From the NCBI RefSeq assembly GCF_036321535.1, contig NC_087437.1:80416001-80480000 (forward strand): 64,000 nucleotides of DNA, read 5' to 3'. Positions 51,961 through 64,000 of the stretch are shown piece after piece (position 1 is the first letter of the stretch; each line of letters begins with the position of its first letter). The notes under the pieces are model-generated. The model was given only the letters and a program-made list of their open reading frames with translations. It was not told the origin of the DNA and did not search any database. The position numbers and the translations under genes are program-made. This stretch comes from Camelus dromedarius (lineage: Eukaryota).

Positions 51961-53694
51961 TGGCACCCTGCAGAAACCAATGAGCCTGTCAAAGATACAG
52001 TATGTACTAAAGATCTTAGATTGTTTTCTGACTTCTAAGCTCCTAATTAATCCCCAGTTTATTCATTAGCTGTTTTCATGATGCTCATCCACGTATTGTT
52101 TTAGAGCCACTAGTTAACTGTACGTTGTCCACCAGGAGCTTCAGAGAAAGACGCATCAGTTTTCCTAAATTGACCTTGTATGTACATTCTTATAATTTTC
52201 TCCTCTTAATATGAAAATTGAGCAGATACGTTCATAGGAAAATTGGAGCTGCTATTTCTTCTGATCATCATCATCGTTAGTCTATAGGTTTTCTGGGTTT
52301 TTTATCTTATTGTGTCTTAATTTTTCTCATTTGTGTTGCCCTTAAAGCTGTAAGTTTCAACTGGGCAGGGACTATGTCTTTTCCTTTGAAAACAAAAGAA
52401 CTTCAGAATAAAAGACTGAAAAAAAAAAAAAACCACTGTTGACAATGGTTGCTTTTGGGTTAATAGGATTATGAGTAATTTTCATCCTTCCTGTATTTTC
52501 CAAATTTTCCACAAAGTGTTTATGATTAGGGAAAATTATTATTTTCAGGCTTTTTAACTTGCTTTGTCTAGGAGAGCATATGTTGGTTCCTACAAAACAC
52601 CTCATCAATATTGAAAAATATCTAGAAATGATGCCAGTAATAAACAGAAATAAAATTCCTATGTTAAATCTGAGGTAAGAGCTGTATGTACTAGAGGCCG
52701 AGTGACAAGGGAGCTGCTCCAAAAGGGAGGAAGGAGAAATTTAGAGACACAACATTTTTGCGACCTTGCCATTGTTCCCCTGAATCCAAGTGGCCAGGTT
52801 CACAAAACTGCAGGGTGCTACCCACAGGTTCACAGAATAAGACCTCACTGCATCCCACATAGGAAGTAGGTGTGTAGTAAAAACATGACTTACCGCCTGC
52901 CTCAGTGCGTGGAGCCATCATAGTCACAGAGATGCTTTTTCTAGGCAGTGTGATGCTTCCAAAATTATATGATGCTTTTAAGCACAGACTCTGATATAAA
53001 AGGTGCAGAATTTAGTTAGGTCTAGAAAGATCTTCTTTCCTTTCATCTCAGAAAAATACTTGGAAACTAGAAAGGCCTGGCCTTTTTTTTTTTTTTTAAC
53101 AGGGATTTATTTCTCCAGCATTGCTGGTATTTTGAAATAGGCAGAAACCATTGCTGTCTGTTTCCTGATGCTCTGGTTACTGTTGGATCTTCTGGTGTCA
53201 ACACTTGTGAGCTGGTGACATCAAAGTGCATTGTTAGACTTCATCACCCAAGTGCTGCTGAGAGGACAGAGGATTGAGAGAATGACAGAGAAAATATTGG
53301 CATCTCCTTCTAGGCATGAGTCAGAGAAGAAATTGCTACCATCCTCACGGTCCTCTGAGGGAATACATCCTGTGTGCAGAATGTACCGGGGGAGATGCCA
53401 GCTGTCCTTGTTGGAACAACTCTGAAATAGTGATCAGAATGGCTGCTGCAAGTGATTGGACCAGACCACAAAGCAGAAATTCAGGTGACAGATCCAGAGG
53501 AAATGGGGGCCAGGGCACACTTTGAGATGGGGTTCTCTAAGGAATGGTGAAATCATCTAAAATGCCTCTCGAATGTGGGATGGAGGTACAAATTGACAGA
53601 AGCTCTTCCTTTATCCTTTCTAGAAATACATATTTCCCTCTGAGCCAAAATCCGAATAAGGTAGCTCAATGAATCCTTGAAGGACAATCATTCA

Positions 53695-53905
53695 ATTGAT
53701 TGGGTTCAAATCCCACTTTAGAGAGTAATTTGAGGTTGTTCCTTAACTCTCTCAGCCTTGGCATTTCATCCATGAAATAAATCATGGTACCTGACTCATA
53801 GAAATGCTATAAGGATTAAATGAAGAATGTTTGTAAAATGCTGTGTATACAAAGTACACAATGTCTGGCACATAGTAGGCCTATAAAAATTACAGCTACT
53901 ACTAA
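53695..53905 (+). mobile_element. MIR SINE
   Basis: 'tgggttcaaatcccact...taaggattaaatga...tgtctggcacatagtaggc'. Confidence 0.75.
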
Positions 53906-54187
53906 TTGTGTGGGTCTGTGTATAAAATTGTGTCTGTATACATATATACACGTATAAGTGTCCCAAACATATATATATATATGGAGAGAAAAATGAGAAG
54001 CACTCTGGCTATGATTTTGAATTTACTGAAGGTGATTAATAGCACATGAAATGTTTTATGTGTCAGGCCCCCAATAAAGAGCCCAAATAACAGTCTACCA
54101 AGATAGAGTTGTCCTGTCCTCTTGATTAATGGCTTTCTAAACTCACTGAGAGTCAGTTTAGATATTAAATTTATTCCAGTTTCTACA

Positions 54188-55592
54188 TGTCAAATAAAAA
54201 TTGCAGAGAACAGTCTACCAGGCAAGGAAGAAGACTTTATTCAAAACTATAATTAGATATCACCTCACACCAGTCAGAATGGCCATCATTCAAAAATCTA
54301 TAAATAAAAAAATGCTAGAGAGGGTGTGGAGGAAAGGGAACCCTTCTACACTGTTGGTGGGAATGTAGTTTGGTGCAGCCAGTATGGAAAACAGTATGGA
54401 GATTCCTCAAAAAACTAAAAATAAACTAACCATATGATTCAGCAATCCCACTCCTGGGCATATATCCAGAGGGAACCTTAATTCAAAAAGATACATGAAC
54501 CCCAATGTTCATAGCAGCATTATATACAATAGCCAATATATGGAAGCAACCTAAAGTCCATCGACAGATGACTGGATAAAGAGCTTGTGGTATATTTCTA
54601 TAATGGTATACTACTCAGCCATAAAAAAGAATGAAATAATGCCATTTGCAGCAACATGGATGGACCTAGAGATTGTCATTCTAAGTGAAGTAAACCAGAA
54701 AGAGAAAGACAAATACCATATGATATCACTTATATATGGAATCTAAAAAAAAAAAAAACAAGAAGAAAAAGGACACTATGAACTCATCTACAAAACAGAA
54801 ACAGACTCACAGACATAGTAAACAATCTTATGGTTACTGAGGAAAGGGGGTGGGAAGGGATAAATTTGGGAGTTTGAGATTTACAAATGTTAGCCACTAT
54901 ATATAAAAATAGATTTTAAAAAAGTTTCTGCTGTATAGCACATGGAACTATGTTCAGTATCTTATAATAACCTTTAATGAAAAAGAATATGAAAACAAAT
55001 ATATGTGTATGTATGCACGACTGGGACGTTGTGCTGTACACCAGAAATTGACACATTTTAACTGATGGTACGTCAATTAATTAATTAATTAAAATAAAAA
55101 ATTAAAATCTGAAAAAAAATACCTCAATAGGGGTTGCATCTATTGCATTAGGGGAGAGAGACTGAACTCAACTTCCTTAGAAACCGAAAGCAGGAGAGGT
55201 TTTAAGTGCTGGGGTGAGCTAGTGGAAAAGTACTGAAGGATATTGGTGGGAAGTTGGTCAATATGATGAGGCCATCTGTGATTGCTAACTGAAACTTAGG
55301 CTTAGAGTTAGTTGGCTCCTAGCCACTCACAGAGACTGGGAGACCTGGGTGCCGTCTTTCTTGATGATTTCATTTCAAAGGATGGCTCCCTGGTCCTTGA
55401 CAAAGATGGTCCTGGATTGGAAAACAGGCAGGAGGCTAGGAAAAGATTTATATCTCAAGTGGGCAAAGAATTTACAATTGCAGGTTTTCTAAAGTAAATG
55501 TTCTAAGAAAAGAGATGTTGGTGACCTATAGTCAGGAGGAAGCCTGTCTAAAGTTTAGTCAAGCTGAGGGAAATATTAAGGACATTTGGGCA
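54188..55592 (-). mobile_element. ERV1 solo LTR (MER31/MER67-like), interrupted by an L1
   Basis: 'cctatagtcaggaggaagcctgtctaaagtttagtcaagctgagggaa' and 'catttcaaaggatggctccc' motifs; left piece 54188-54250 holds the minus-strand AATAAA. Confidence 0.75.
54253..55120 (+). mobile_element. 5'-truncated camelid-type L1 (ORF2 end and 3' UTR)
   Basis: 'gatatcacctcacaccagtcagaatggccatcattc'...3' UTR closely similar to the 14265 and 39761 copies. Confidence 0.93.
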
Positions 55593-55770
55593 TATTCTCT
55601 GTTTAGCAGGATCAGTCTCAATGAATCGATGAAAGAGAGAGTGACCTAAGACATATTTTCCCTGGTGCCACCAGGTACCACCTGTCTAAAACTAGCTCTT
55701 AACCCTCATGTATAAGAACTTGTTTCCTTTCTTACTTGGCTGAACAGTCCTACTATTTGAGTGATTCTCC

Positions 55771-56430
55771 TGTGTCAGACAGCAAAGGTGGGGCACAGAT
55801 TGTAGAAGGCCACTGTAACAACACTGGTGTGATTTGGGGACAGGAATGCAGGACCTCCATGCCTATCAGCCCTGCAGTCAGGACAAGGCAGTCAGCAAAA
55901 TTTGGAGGTAAACAAAGGCTCTCCAACTCTTCCTCCTGGGGATGAAAAATACCGCCTGCCATATCAGTAAACAAAGGATGCTGCGGCCACCGCAGCCACT
56001 GCCACCACTCCAACAGTCAGCAGAGAGGACTCAGGATGGAGACAAGCAGGCAGCCCAGCCTCTGCTGCCACCCCCAATGGTGCCCCCTGAGGGAACTCAG
56101 GATGGGAAAGGACAGGATACTGGCCCTAGATAGCTAGGTGCATCTCAAAGGAATGATTTCACTGAGCCCAGACTCTTGCACCTTATCATACATAGGAAAG
56201 TGCTAAATTCCTTAACGAGATATCTGGTTTTATTTAATTAACAGTAATCTTTTGATGTTCCAACTACCTGATCTTTGTGGCAAAACTCCTATATATCCTG
56301 GCTCCTCCCCTGCTTCTTTGGAGCAATCCCTCAGAGCATCTGAGAGGCCACTTCCTGGGCTCGAGTCTTCAGAAAGTCAAATAAAACATAACTCTCAACT
56401 TTTAGGTTGTACGTGTTTTTTCAATTGACA
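55771..56430 (+). mobile_element. ERV1-class solo LTR (artiodactyl type)
   Basis: TG...CA termini; near-TSD ctcc/ctct; TATA-like 'cctatatatcc' near 56288-56298; AATAAA at 56380-56385; internal 'actcaggatgg' repeats. Confidence 0.8.
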
Positions 56431-58114
56431 CTCTCTCCCCAGCCCCCAACTCTTGCTATTTCAGACAATCTCTGCCCTTAGAATCTCTCCTTTCCTTTTC
56501 TTTTCTCCCCAAAAAACTTGCTCCTGAATCTTATACTAAAATGCAAACAGAAACAAAAACAAAACTCCTGGCTAAATCTTAGAGGAAACCAGAATGTGTG
56601 TATACTTCCTAAATCTTAAACAAAGTGGAATTCCTAGTTCCGACCAACAGTGGGTCAGAATTTTAGGGGCGCTTCCTCAGGATGCTGAAGCTGCCCCCTC
56701 CCAGCAAATGGTTTCCACACTGAAACACAGGGCAGGAAAGCACCAAGGGGAGACCAACCTACCAAAGACAAGCCCTGGATAGCTCTTGAGTGCCAAGCTA
56801 CTAAAGTAGGTACCTGGAGATGGGGGCAGGGGGAGATTCCGGAGGTCCTTGTGGAAGGATGTCAAAAGAACATGTCTAACCAAACTGGTGGTGAACCCCT
56901 TCCATGAGTGCTAGAGCTGAAAAAATATGGAGCTCAAAATAGGACCCTGCTGTTCAACTTTATCCCTCAAACATCATTTCAAGACTTTCCTCTAGTCAGA
57001 GCTATTTGGTGAGAGGGAGATTACCATACTCCAAATCCTACCTCAGTTGCTTCGATCCCTGCTCCCTCCAGCAATGCCAGTTTCATTGAATGATCCAAGG
57101 GACATGCGGTTAAATCCATTAATGTATGTAAGGCAGGGAAAGAGTATCATGGAGATAATAATAGCTATGGACATATCACATTATTATTGTTACTATCATT
57201 ATTATGCACCGCCTTGATTGGGAGGGCTCTTTGGCAAAGGAAGAGTAAAAAAGTGTCCAAGTTATAACTGCTAGGTCAGCATTGTAAAACAGAGGAACTC
57301 AGTAATTTTCCATAAAAGAAGATGCAATCATCCTATTCTTTGTAAAGACTTAAGATAGCAGATGGATGGTATTTTTCTAGGGACAGACTTTGCCCAAGGA
57401 TGCTGGCTTTGCTACCCTGCATTAGTCAACCCCAGAAGGCAACTGAACCTATTTTTCATTGGGGTTACCTCTCCCCAGGACTGTAGATACACGGAGGATC
57501 TGGATGTGGACGGTTCCCAACTCTGGAGATATCTCCTAGGATATTTCTTATGAGAAATTCATCAGTAAGTCAAATATAAAGAAAAGTTCTATGATACTGA
57601 GGGATGTTCTCTCTTGACTCCTGTCAGCATCCTTGAAAGTGACCAGCTAGACGTATTACATAACACGGAGAACCAGCAGTGACAGTTCTGCTTCCTGGGG
57701 AAAGCCAGCTTCCAACATCACCATAGAACTGTTGATAGAGGGTAATTCAGTGCTACACAGAACCAGCAGGGTGGTTTGTTTTTTTGTTTTTTTTTTTTTC
57801 TTAAAAGGGAACAGCGCAGTAAAGATCGTTTATATTTATTCCTGACCAAAATCTTTCACTTCCTCTCACAGGAGAGAAGCAGATATTCATTGCAAGGTTG
57901 GGGAGGGAACAGGGGAGATGAAGGAAACAAAATAAAATTGTGGTTCAAGTTATTCTTTATACCATCAGCCAGATGCTCATTCTCTCATGTAACCACTTGA
58001 AATTTCAACACAAAAGAGTTTTCATCTTCTTTCATACATTAATGCTTTACGCCCTACCTTCTTCATCATCTCTAAAAAGGCATAAATATGACAAAAGCAG
58101 AGTCAACAATTCCA

Positions 58115-58802
58115 CAGGCCATCTTTTCAACAAATGGTGCTGGGACAATTAGAGAGCCACAATGAAAAGGGTGAATTTAGACCCTTACTTCACATACACA
58201 AAAATTAACTCAAAATGAATCATAGACCTAACATCTCTTACTAAACTATACAACTTTTAGAAGAAAACATAGAAGAACATATCTGTCATTTGGGGTTAGG
58301 CAAAGATTTCTTAGCTATCATATCAAAAGCATGATATACAAAAGAAAAAAATGATAAATTGGACTTCACCAAAATTTAAAATTTTGTACTCAAAAAGACA
58401 CCATTAAGACAATAAAAAGACAAGCCAAATTGAGACAAAATATTTTCAAATCATTTATCTGACAGAAGGCTTATATCCAGAATGTAGAATGAACTCTAGA
58501 AATTCAATGATAAGAAGATACATAACCCTATTTTAAAATAGGCAAAAGATGTGAATAAGCATTTCACTAAAGAAGACATATGAATGGCCATTAAGCATGT
58601 GAAAAGATACCTCACATCACCTGTCACTAGGAAAACCCAAATTAAAATTGCAGTGGGACACCACTTCACATCCACTAAAATGACTATAATCCAAAAGGCA
58701 TACAATATCAAGTGTTGGTGAGGACAGGAAGAAACCAGAACCCTCATACACCATACACTGTGGGTAGAAATGTAAAATTGTACCATTACTTTGGAAAACA
58801 AA
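58115..58802 (+). mobile_element. Old L1 ORF2 3' fragment
   Basis: 'cttttcaacaaatggtgctgggacaatt', 'aaaattaactcaaaatgaatcatagaccta'. Confidence 0.85.
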
Positions 58803-59214
58803 ACACACACCACCACCCTAGCGCCCCTGCGGCATAACTACACTTATCCCTTCAATAGGGCTGTGCTCTACCGCACAGGAACACATTCTAAAACTGTTCC
58901 TCCTGAGGAAATAAACCATTCAGTGTAGGGCTATGTCATCAGCACAGAGAATAATGGACCCCTTCCTCTTTGCTGTCAAGATACATAGCATCTGCTTTCT
59001 CTAAAAACTCAGACCTAAATTATCATAAATTAAAATTAAAAGCTGGGCACAGCCACATCAATGCTACCTAAACTTGGAATTTCCCTCAGGAAGCCCACTG
59101 TGTTTCCCAACAGGGACTGTGACAGAGTCACTGGAGAACAATTAAAAGCTTTGGACCTAAATAAACCCTGCAATGTCACTCTAGCTACAACACTGCAAAA
59201 ATCTTTAGACGTTC

Positions 59215-60070
59215 TTGACCTCAACAACAACAGAAAGACAAACAACCTAAATAAAGGGCACAGGACTTGACTAGATTTTCTCCAAAGAAGACATACAAGT
59301 GGCCAATAAGCACATGGAAAAATGGTCAACATGATTAATCATTAGGGAAATGCAAATCAAAACCACAGTGAGATACCACCTCACACTCACTAGGTAGGCT
59401 GCTATCAAAACACCAAAACAACAAGTGTTTGTGTGGATGTGGACAAATTGAAACCTTTGTGCACTATTGGTGGGAATGTAAAAGGATGCAGTCTCTGTGG
59501 AAGGCAGGTCCTCAAAAAATTAAAAATAGAGTTACCATATGATCCAGCAATTCCACTTGTGGGGATGTACCCAGAAGAACTGAAAGTACACGCATGTACA
59601 GAGTAGCATTATTCACAGTAGCCAAAAGGTGGATGCAGCCAAGTGTCTGCCAATGGATGACTGGGTAAAAAAAAATGTAGTAGACACATACGATGAAATA
59701 TTAGTTGGCCTTAAACAGGAAAGGAATTCTGACACATGGTACAACATGGATGAACCTTGAGTACATTATGCTAAATGAAATAAGCCAGTCACAAAAGACA
59801 AATTTTGTGATTCCACTGAAATGAGATACCTAGAGTAGTCAAATTTATAGAGAGAAAGTAGAATGGTGGTTGTCGAGGGCTAGGCGTGGGCAGAGGAGAA
59901 TGTTTTTAAAGGAATTTTTAACGGTTAGAGTTTCACTTTTGCAAGATGAAAAAGTTCTGGAGATTGGTTGCGCAACAGCGCGCATACACTTAAAACTACT
60001 GAATAGTATGATTAAAATGGTTACGATGATAAATTTTATGTCAGGTGTATTTTACCACAATTTAAAAATT
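59215..60070 (+). mobile_element. L1MB-type 3' end
   Basis: 'caaagaagacatacaagtggccaataagcacatg'...'gatgaaaaagttctggagattggttgc'...'ttttaccacaatttaaaaa'. Confidence 0.88.
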
Positions 60071-63000
60071 TGTTTAATGCTCTTAATCAGTTTCTTTGTT
60101 AGGTGAATCATCATGCCAACAACCAATTGTAGAACTGAATCCAAAGGTTGCCTGACTCAAGCGGGATGTTTAACCAACTGAACCAGACCTGTGGTTTCAT
60201 TAAGAAAGCTGATATCAAGTTGCCCTTTGGAAGTTGTTGCATGTTCTATTTTGCACCCGTCTTTCAGGGACTTCACCTCTTTCCCAGGCTTAAGCTTTGA
60301 GAAGTGAAGACAGAAACAATAAAATGAAGATGAAATATCAATAGCCCAGAAACCTGGCTCCTCATACGATGGCTTTGTCTCTGCTTGCCGTATAATTTGG
60401 TCCTCTGTTTTTAAGAAGGCTAGAAACATTCCTAACAGTGTATAGTGTCTTCCAACACACTGCATCAACCAGCTAGCCTCAGAGAAGGACAAGAACTAGT
60501 GATGTTGATAAACTATCAGACTTTCAGCATTCATAACAGAAAGACAAAGGGATACTTCACCAAAGCGGCAGTGGTGGCCAATCAGAGACAGCTATTCTGA
60601 CACAGTGGAAGGAAAGAAGGCACAGGGAAGAGACAGAAGACAGGATGGTTCCACATGAGGCAGGGGAAATGGGTGAGGTGGAGGTAAGGGCTGATGAGAC
60701 ACAGAGAGGGCCACACAGAGAGGACAAAGTGTCTCCCACACTGCCCCCAACTCAGCTCCCTCCAGACATAGCGTGCATCACACACACACACGTAAACACG
60801 CGTCCATGCGTCAGGAGAGGGTGAGGGCAGTGAGAAATGAGGATGCGCTCAACTCTGGCTGTAACTCTGTCACAATAGTTCCAGAGGCCTCCTTAGGGAA
60901 TAGCTTACTAAGAAACCTGCCTCAAACCTCACCTCTACATCACAGCAAATTAGAGACCATCAGGCAGATATCTCACATTCTCATCCCTGTCCATGCCCGG
61001 AACATTTCTCTGCAGCCACACCAGTAATTCCATCCTCCCCACCATTACAATGGCAGCAGAGTCTCTATTCTCTTTCTGCTCTTTGACCCATGCTCTGGAT
61101 CCCACCCCTTCTGCATTCACAGGAACCGTGTTTCATCCATTATTCCTTATCTCCCAATATCGTCACACATTCCCCTTCTTTGAACATGTACATATACTCA
61201 GATCTACCCCACTCTTTTTCTTCCTCTCCCTTCTGAATCTGCCAGGATTCTTGGGAGTGCCTTCGCCCCACCCTTCCCCTAGTTTCCAAGAACCAACAGG
61301 TCCAAACCCTTCCAGAAGCTCTGACCTTCCCTCTCCCTTCTGCCTCAAGGTGCAGAGCCTCCTGCAAGCCTGGCTCACTTAAGAAATTCTACCTGTTACT
61401 GTTGACAAGGGAGGCATCTCCCACAGAGATGGCGTGACCAGAGAGGCATATTCACACGGAGGCAGTTTTTATTTTTTTGCTTTGTGGGTTTAATTATTTG
61501 ACTGTAGTTGTGGTTTAGGGGGTTTAGGGTGAAGAGGTAGGGAAGGAGTTGGTCAAAAGGGGGCTAGAAGGGTAGAAACAAAACAAACATAAAAAGCTGT
61601 GAGACCCAACCACACTGAGAAACAACTCCATCCACCCAGCCCACCCCTTCCTCCCATAGTTTGCTGCACACACATCCACCCGCCCACCCACTTATTCCAG
61701 AGAGGGAGGAAGAGAGGTCATATTTCAAAACTGCATCTTGTACTATGACCAACCTATTATTTTCAGGTAATTTCAACAGTCATCTTAGTAGCAAGAGGAC
61801 TAAGTCTGCAAGTTCTGAACCAGTGATTGTGGAAGAGTCTGGGAATTTCATGTTGCCAGGATGTAAAGGAGGTCTGGATATTTCCTCTCCACCAGAGCCT
61901 TCTCAGCTAAACTAGAGTCTCACCAGAAAAAATAAAAATAAAAATCCACCAAAGTTCAATTCATGGAAACTCAGGCCTTAATCTAAATCTCAAGATAGGA
62001 TTGTGTGTGGTACTCCATATTGGGAATGGCTTAAGAACCAAGAAGTTATGCTACTGTTGGTAAAGATCAGAGTCTACATACTTCATATACTGGAAGAGTC
62101 AACTAAATGAAAGGAAAAGAGGGGCAAAGAGGGGGACTGAACAACTATTTGCAAAGGGCAGCAAATGCAATCAAGAAGTGATTGTTGTGAAATATGTGGC
62201 ACTGATCTCAGCGTTTGCCCAAGGCGAAAGTTGCTGTGCTAGTGATTTTAGCCATGTCTGTCCCCCTTTGCTCCTATGAGAAAAGGGTAAAAGCTATGCT
62301 GCGTAGGACAGTGGAACTACAATTAGTAGGTGACCGACCATCATGGGAAGCAGATTTCAGTTCTGTCAGTAGGATATCCTGAGAAGGTGATGAGATCCCC
62401 ATGCTCTACAGATTCAGGGTAACTGCCACTTAGAGTTGTAGGGGGGATCAAGTTAGAGGTATTGGGTCTTTAAGATGCCTTTGGACCAGAGAGTCAATGA
62501 TGGCAGCAACACAGATCATTGAAGTTTCTACCCCAAGTAATGAATAAATCTACCACATCTAAATCTTGCTTCCTCATTCTGATGTAGTCTTTTAAAACAA
62601 AATAAGTTCACTGGCAAATTTTAAGGATCTGTTAAGTAGTCAGCACAGTAATAGGTTTTCTGAAGAAAAGAGAATATTGATTATGCAGAAAAACTAGATT
62701 AGAGAGAGAGCTAAAGAATGGAGTTATCTAAGTAGGAGTAAAAGTAGGAAAAACAAATCAGGAAAAAATAGAAAGACCAGAAAGTGCTAGAACCCCCGGA
62801 AATCTTTCTTCCTAATAATGACCATGGGGCCTCCTTAACTGTAAAGAACCAGACAGTCCCAGCGTTCTGCCTGGGTACTCCCTTGTTTGACTCATTTCAC
62901 CCAAGGGTAGGGAGGGCAAAATAAGAGTGAGGTGTTTGTTGGGTTTCAGCCACATTTTTAAACTAACCCAGCTCACATTACATGTGGTTTTATAACCAGC

Positions 63001-63299
63001 TGCCTCTCCTTGGTGATTAATGGGGCTCCACTGAAACCTCCTGTTCTCTGCTCCTCCTCCCACCTGGGGCAAGAACCAATGATTCTCAGGCTAGAGCAGA
63101 GAGGCTGCTGTGAAGAAGGCTTATAAGTGATGAAAGATGACAGAGGAGTAAAGACCTGACGCCTTGCTCACAGTGCATCCCCTAAGTTCAGTTCTCCTGG
63201 GCCTGAGGAGCGGCACAATGCAAACACCCTTATCAAATCCCATGTGTTCTTGCTGGGCAACCAGGAAGTTGAAATCTTGCCCTCCTCACGTAGGCTGTG

Positions 63300-63610
63300 T
63301 GCCACAACCCATCCTCCACAGAGCCTCCAGGTCTTTCTAAACTACAATCTGATCCTAGTTCTTCCTTGATTGAGTTATTTCAGGGTGGGGTGGGGCTCTC
63401 TCTCCTCCATACCAACTCCTTTGAATAGAATTCAAGGCCCTCCAAGATCCAGCCTTTGCCTCATTCTCCAATCTCATTTCCCACAATTCCAGGTCTCAAG
63501 CTCTTACAAATAGGTCAATGCAGAATTCTGTGTTATATCTCTGCCTTTTGTGTGTATCCTTCTCTCTTTCCAATGTTTGACCACCTGATGAACCCCTACT
63601 ATCTGAAGGC
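63300..63610 (+). mobile_element. Degenerate L2 fragment
   Basis: 'catcctccacagagcc..ggtctttctaaactacaatctgatc', 'ttcaaggccctccaagatcc'. Confidence 0.5.
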
Positions 63611-64000
63611 GTGGTCAGTCCTGGGTTTTTCCTGAGTTAGAGCCATGCCCTAGTTCCCCTGGGGGCAGAACGTGAATGAAGCAGGCTCTTGCTCATTTTG
63701 ATGATGTCTTGCAAACAACTCACCTAGGCTCCCCCAGATCTCACTTTTTGTGGGGAATTAACAAAGCTACACGTCTTTCCAAACCATTGTGGTTGGCCTT
63801 CTTTTGCCACAAAAGAAGATGATGAAGGAAGGAAGACACAGGCAGTGCTTTTCCTTAGAGCCCCTGAGGGGAAAGTAAAGACCAACTTCTAGGTAGCAAA
63901 GGCCCACACTTGCAGAGCACGGTGCGTGGACCTGTGAGAGTCCTAGGCCTAGATTGCCCCTCCTCTTATTCTTTCACCCCACTTCTCTTTATCTCACCGC

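Noticed and set aside
54089..54220. 12-bp direct repeat aacagtctacca, 120 bp apart
   Set aside because: No element or poly(A) between the copies and one copy lies inside an LTR; chance or a trivial local copy.
1..64000. CRISPR arrays, operons or a novel multi-gene system
   Set aside because: Eukaryotic repeat-rich DNA with no regularly spaced repeat-spacer array and no intact gene cluster.

Overview
Mammalian, repeat-dominated, AT-rich genomic DNA, probably camelid. The species guess comes from the tRNA-derived SINEs resembling Vic-1, the artiodactyl-type L1 3' ends, and the apparent absence of bovid or pig SINEs. I found no intact protein-coding gene; almost all six-frame ORFs are L1/L2 fragments or noise. 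The one recognisable cellular gene is a disabled processed pseudogene of NTAN1 (minus strand, about 45866-47158). It has a poly(A) tail and a degenerate TSD, is inserted in an ancient HAL1-like element, and keeps a very CpG-rich 5' end. The most unusual structure is a roughly 3.1 kb L1 with a 5'UTR, ORF1 and 3' end but no ORF2 (22399-25498). It has its own TSD and sits inside the A-tail of another TSD-flanked L1, so it is a candidate non-autonomous half-L1. The rest is L1s of several ages, solo ERV/MaLR LTRs, MIR, L2, hAT MITEs, SINEs and microsatellites. I could not support a new multi-gene biological system here. Repeat family names are from recall of consensus sequences and need RepeatMasker/Dfam confirmation.
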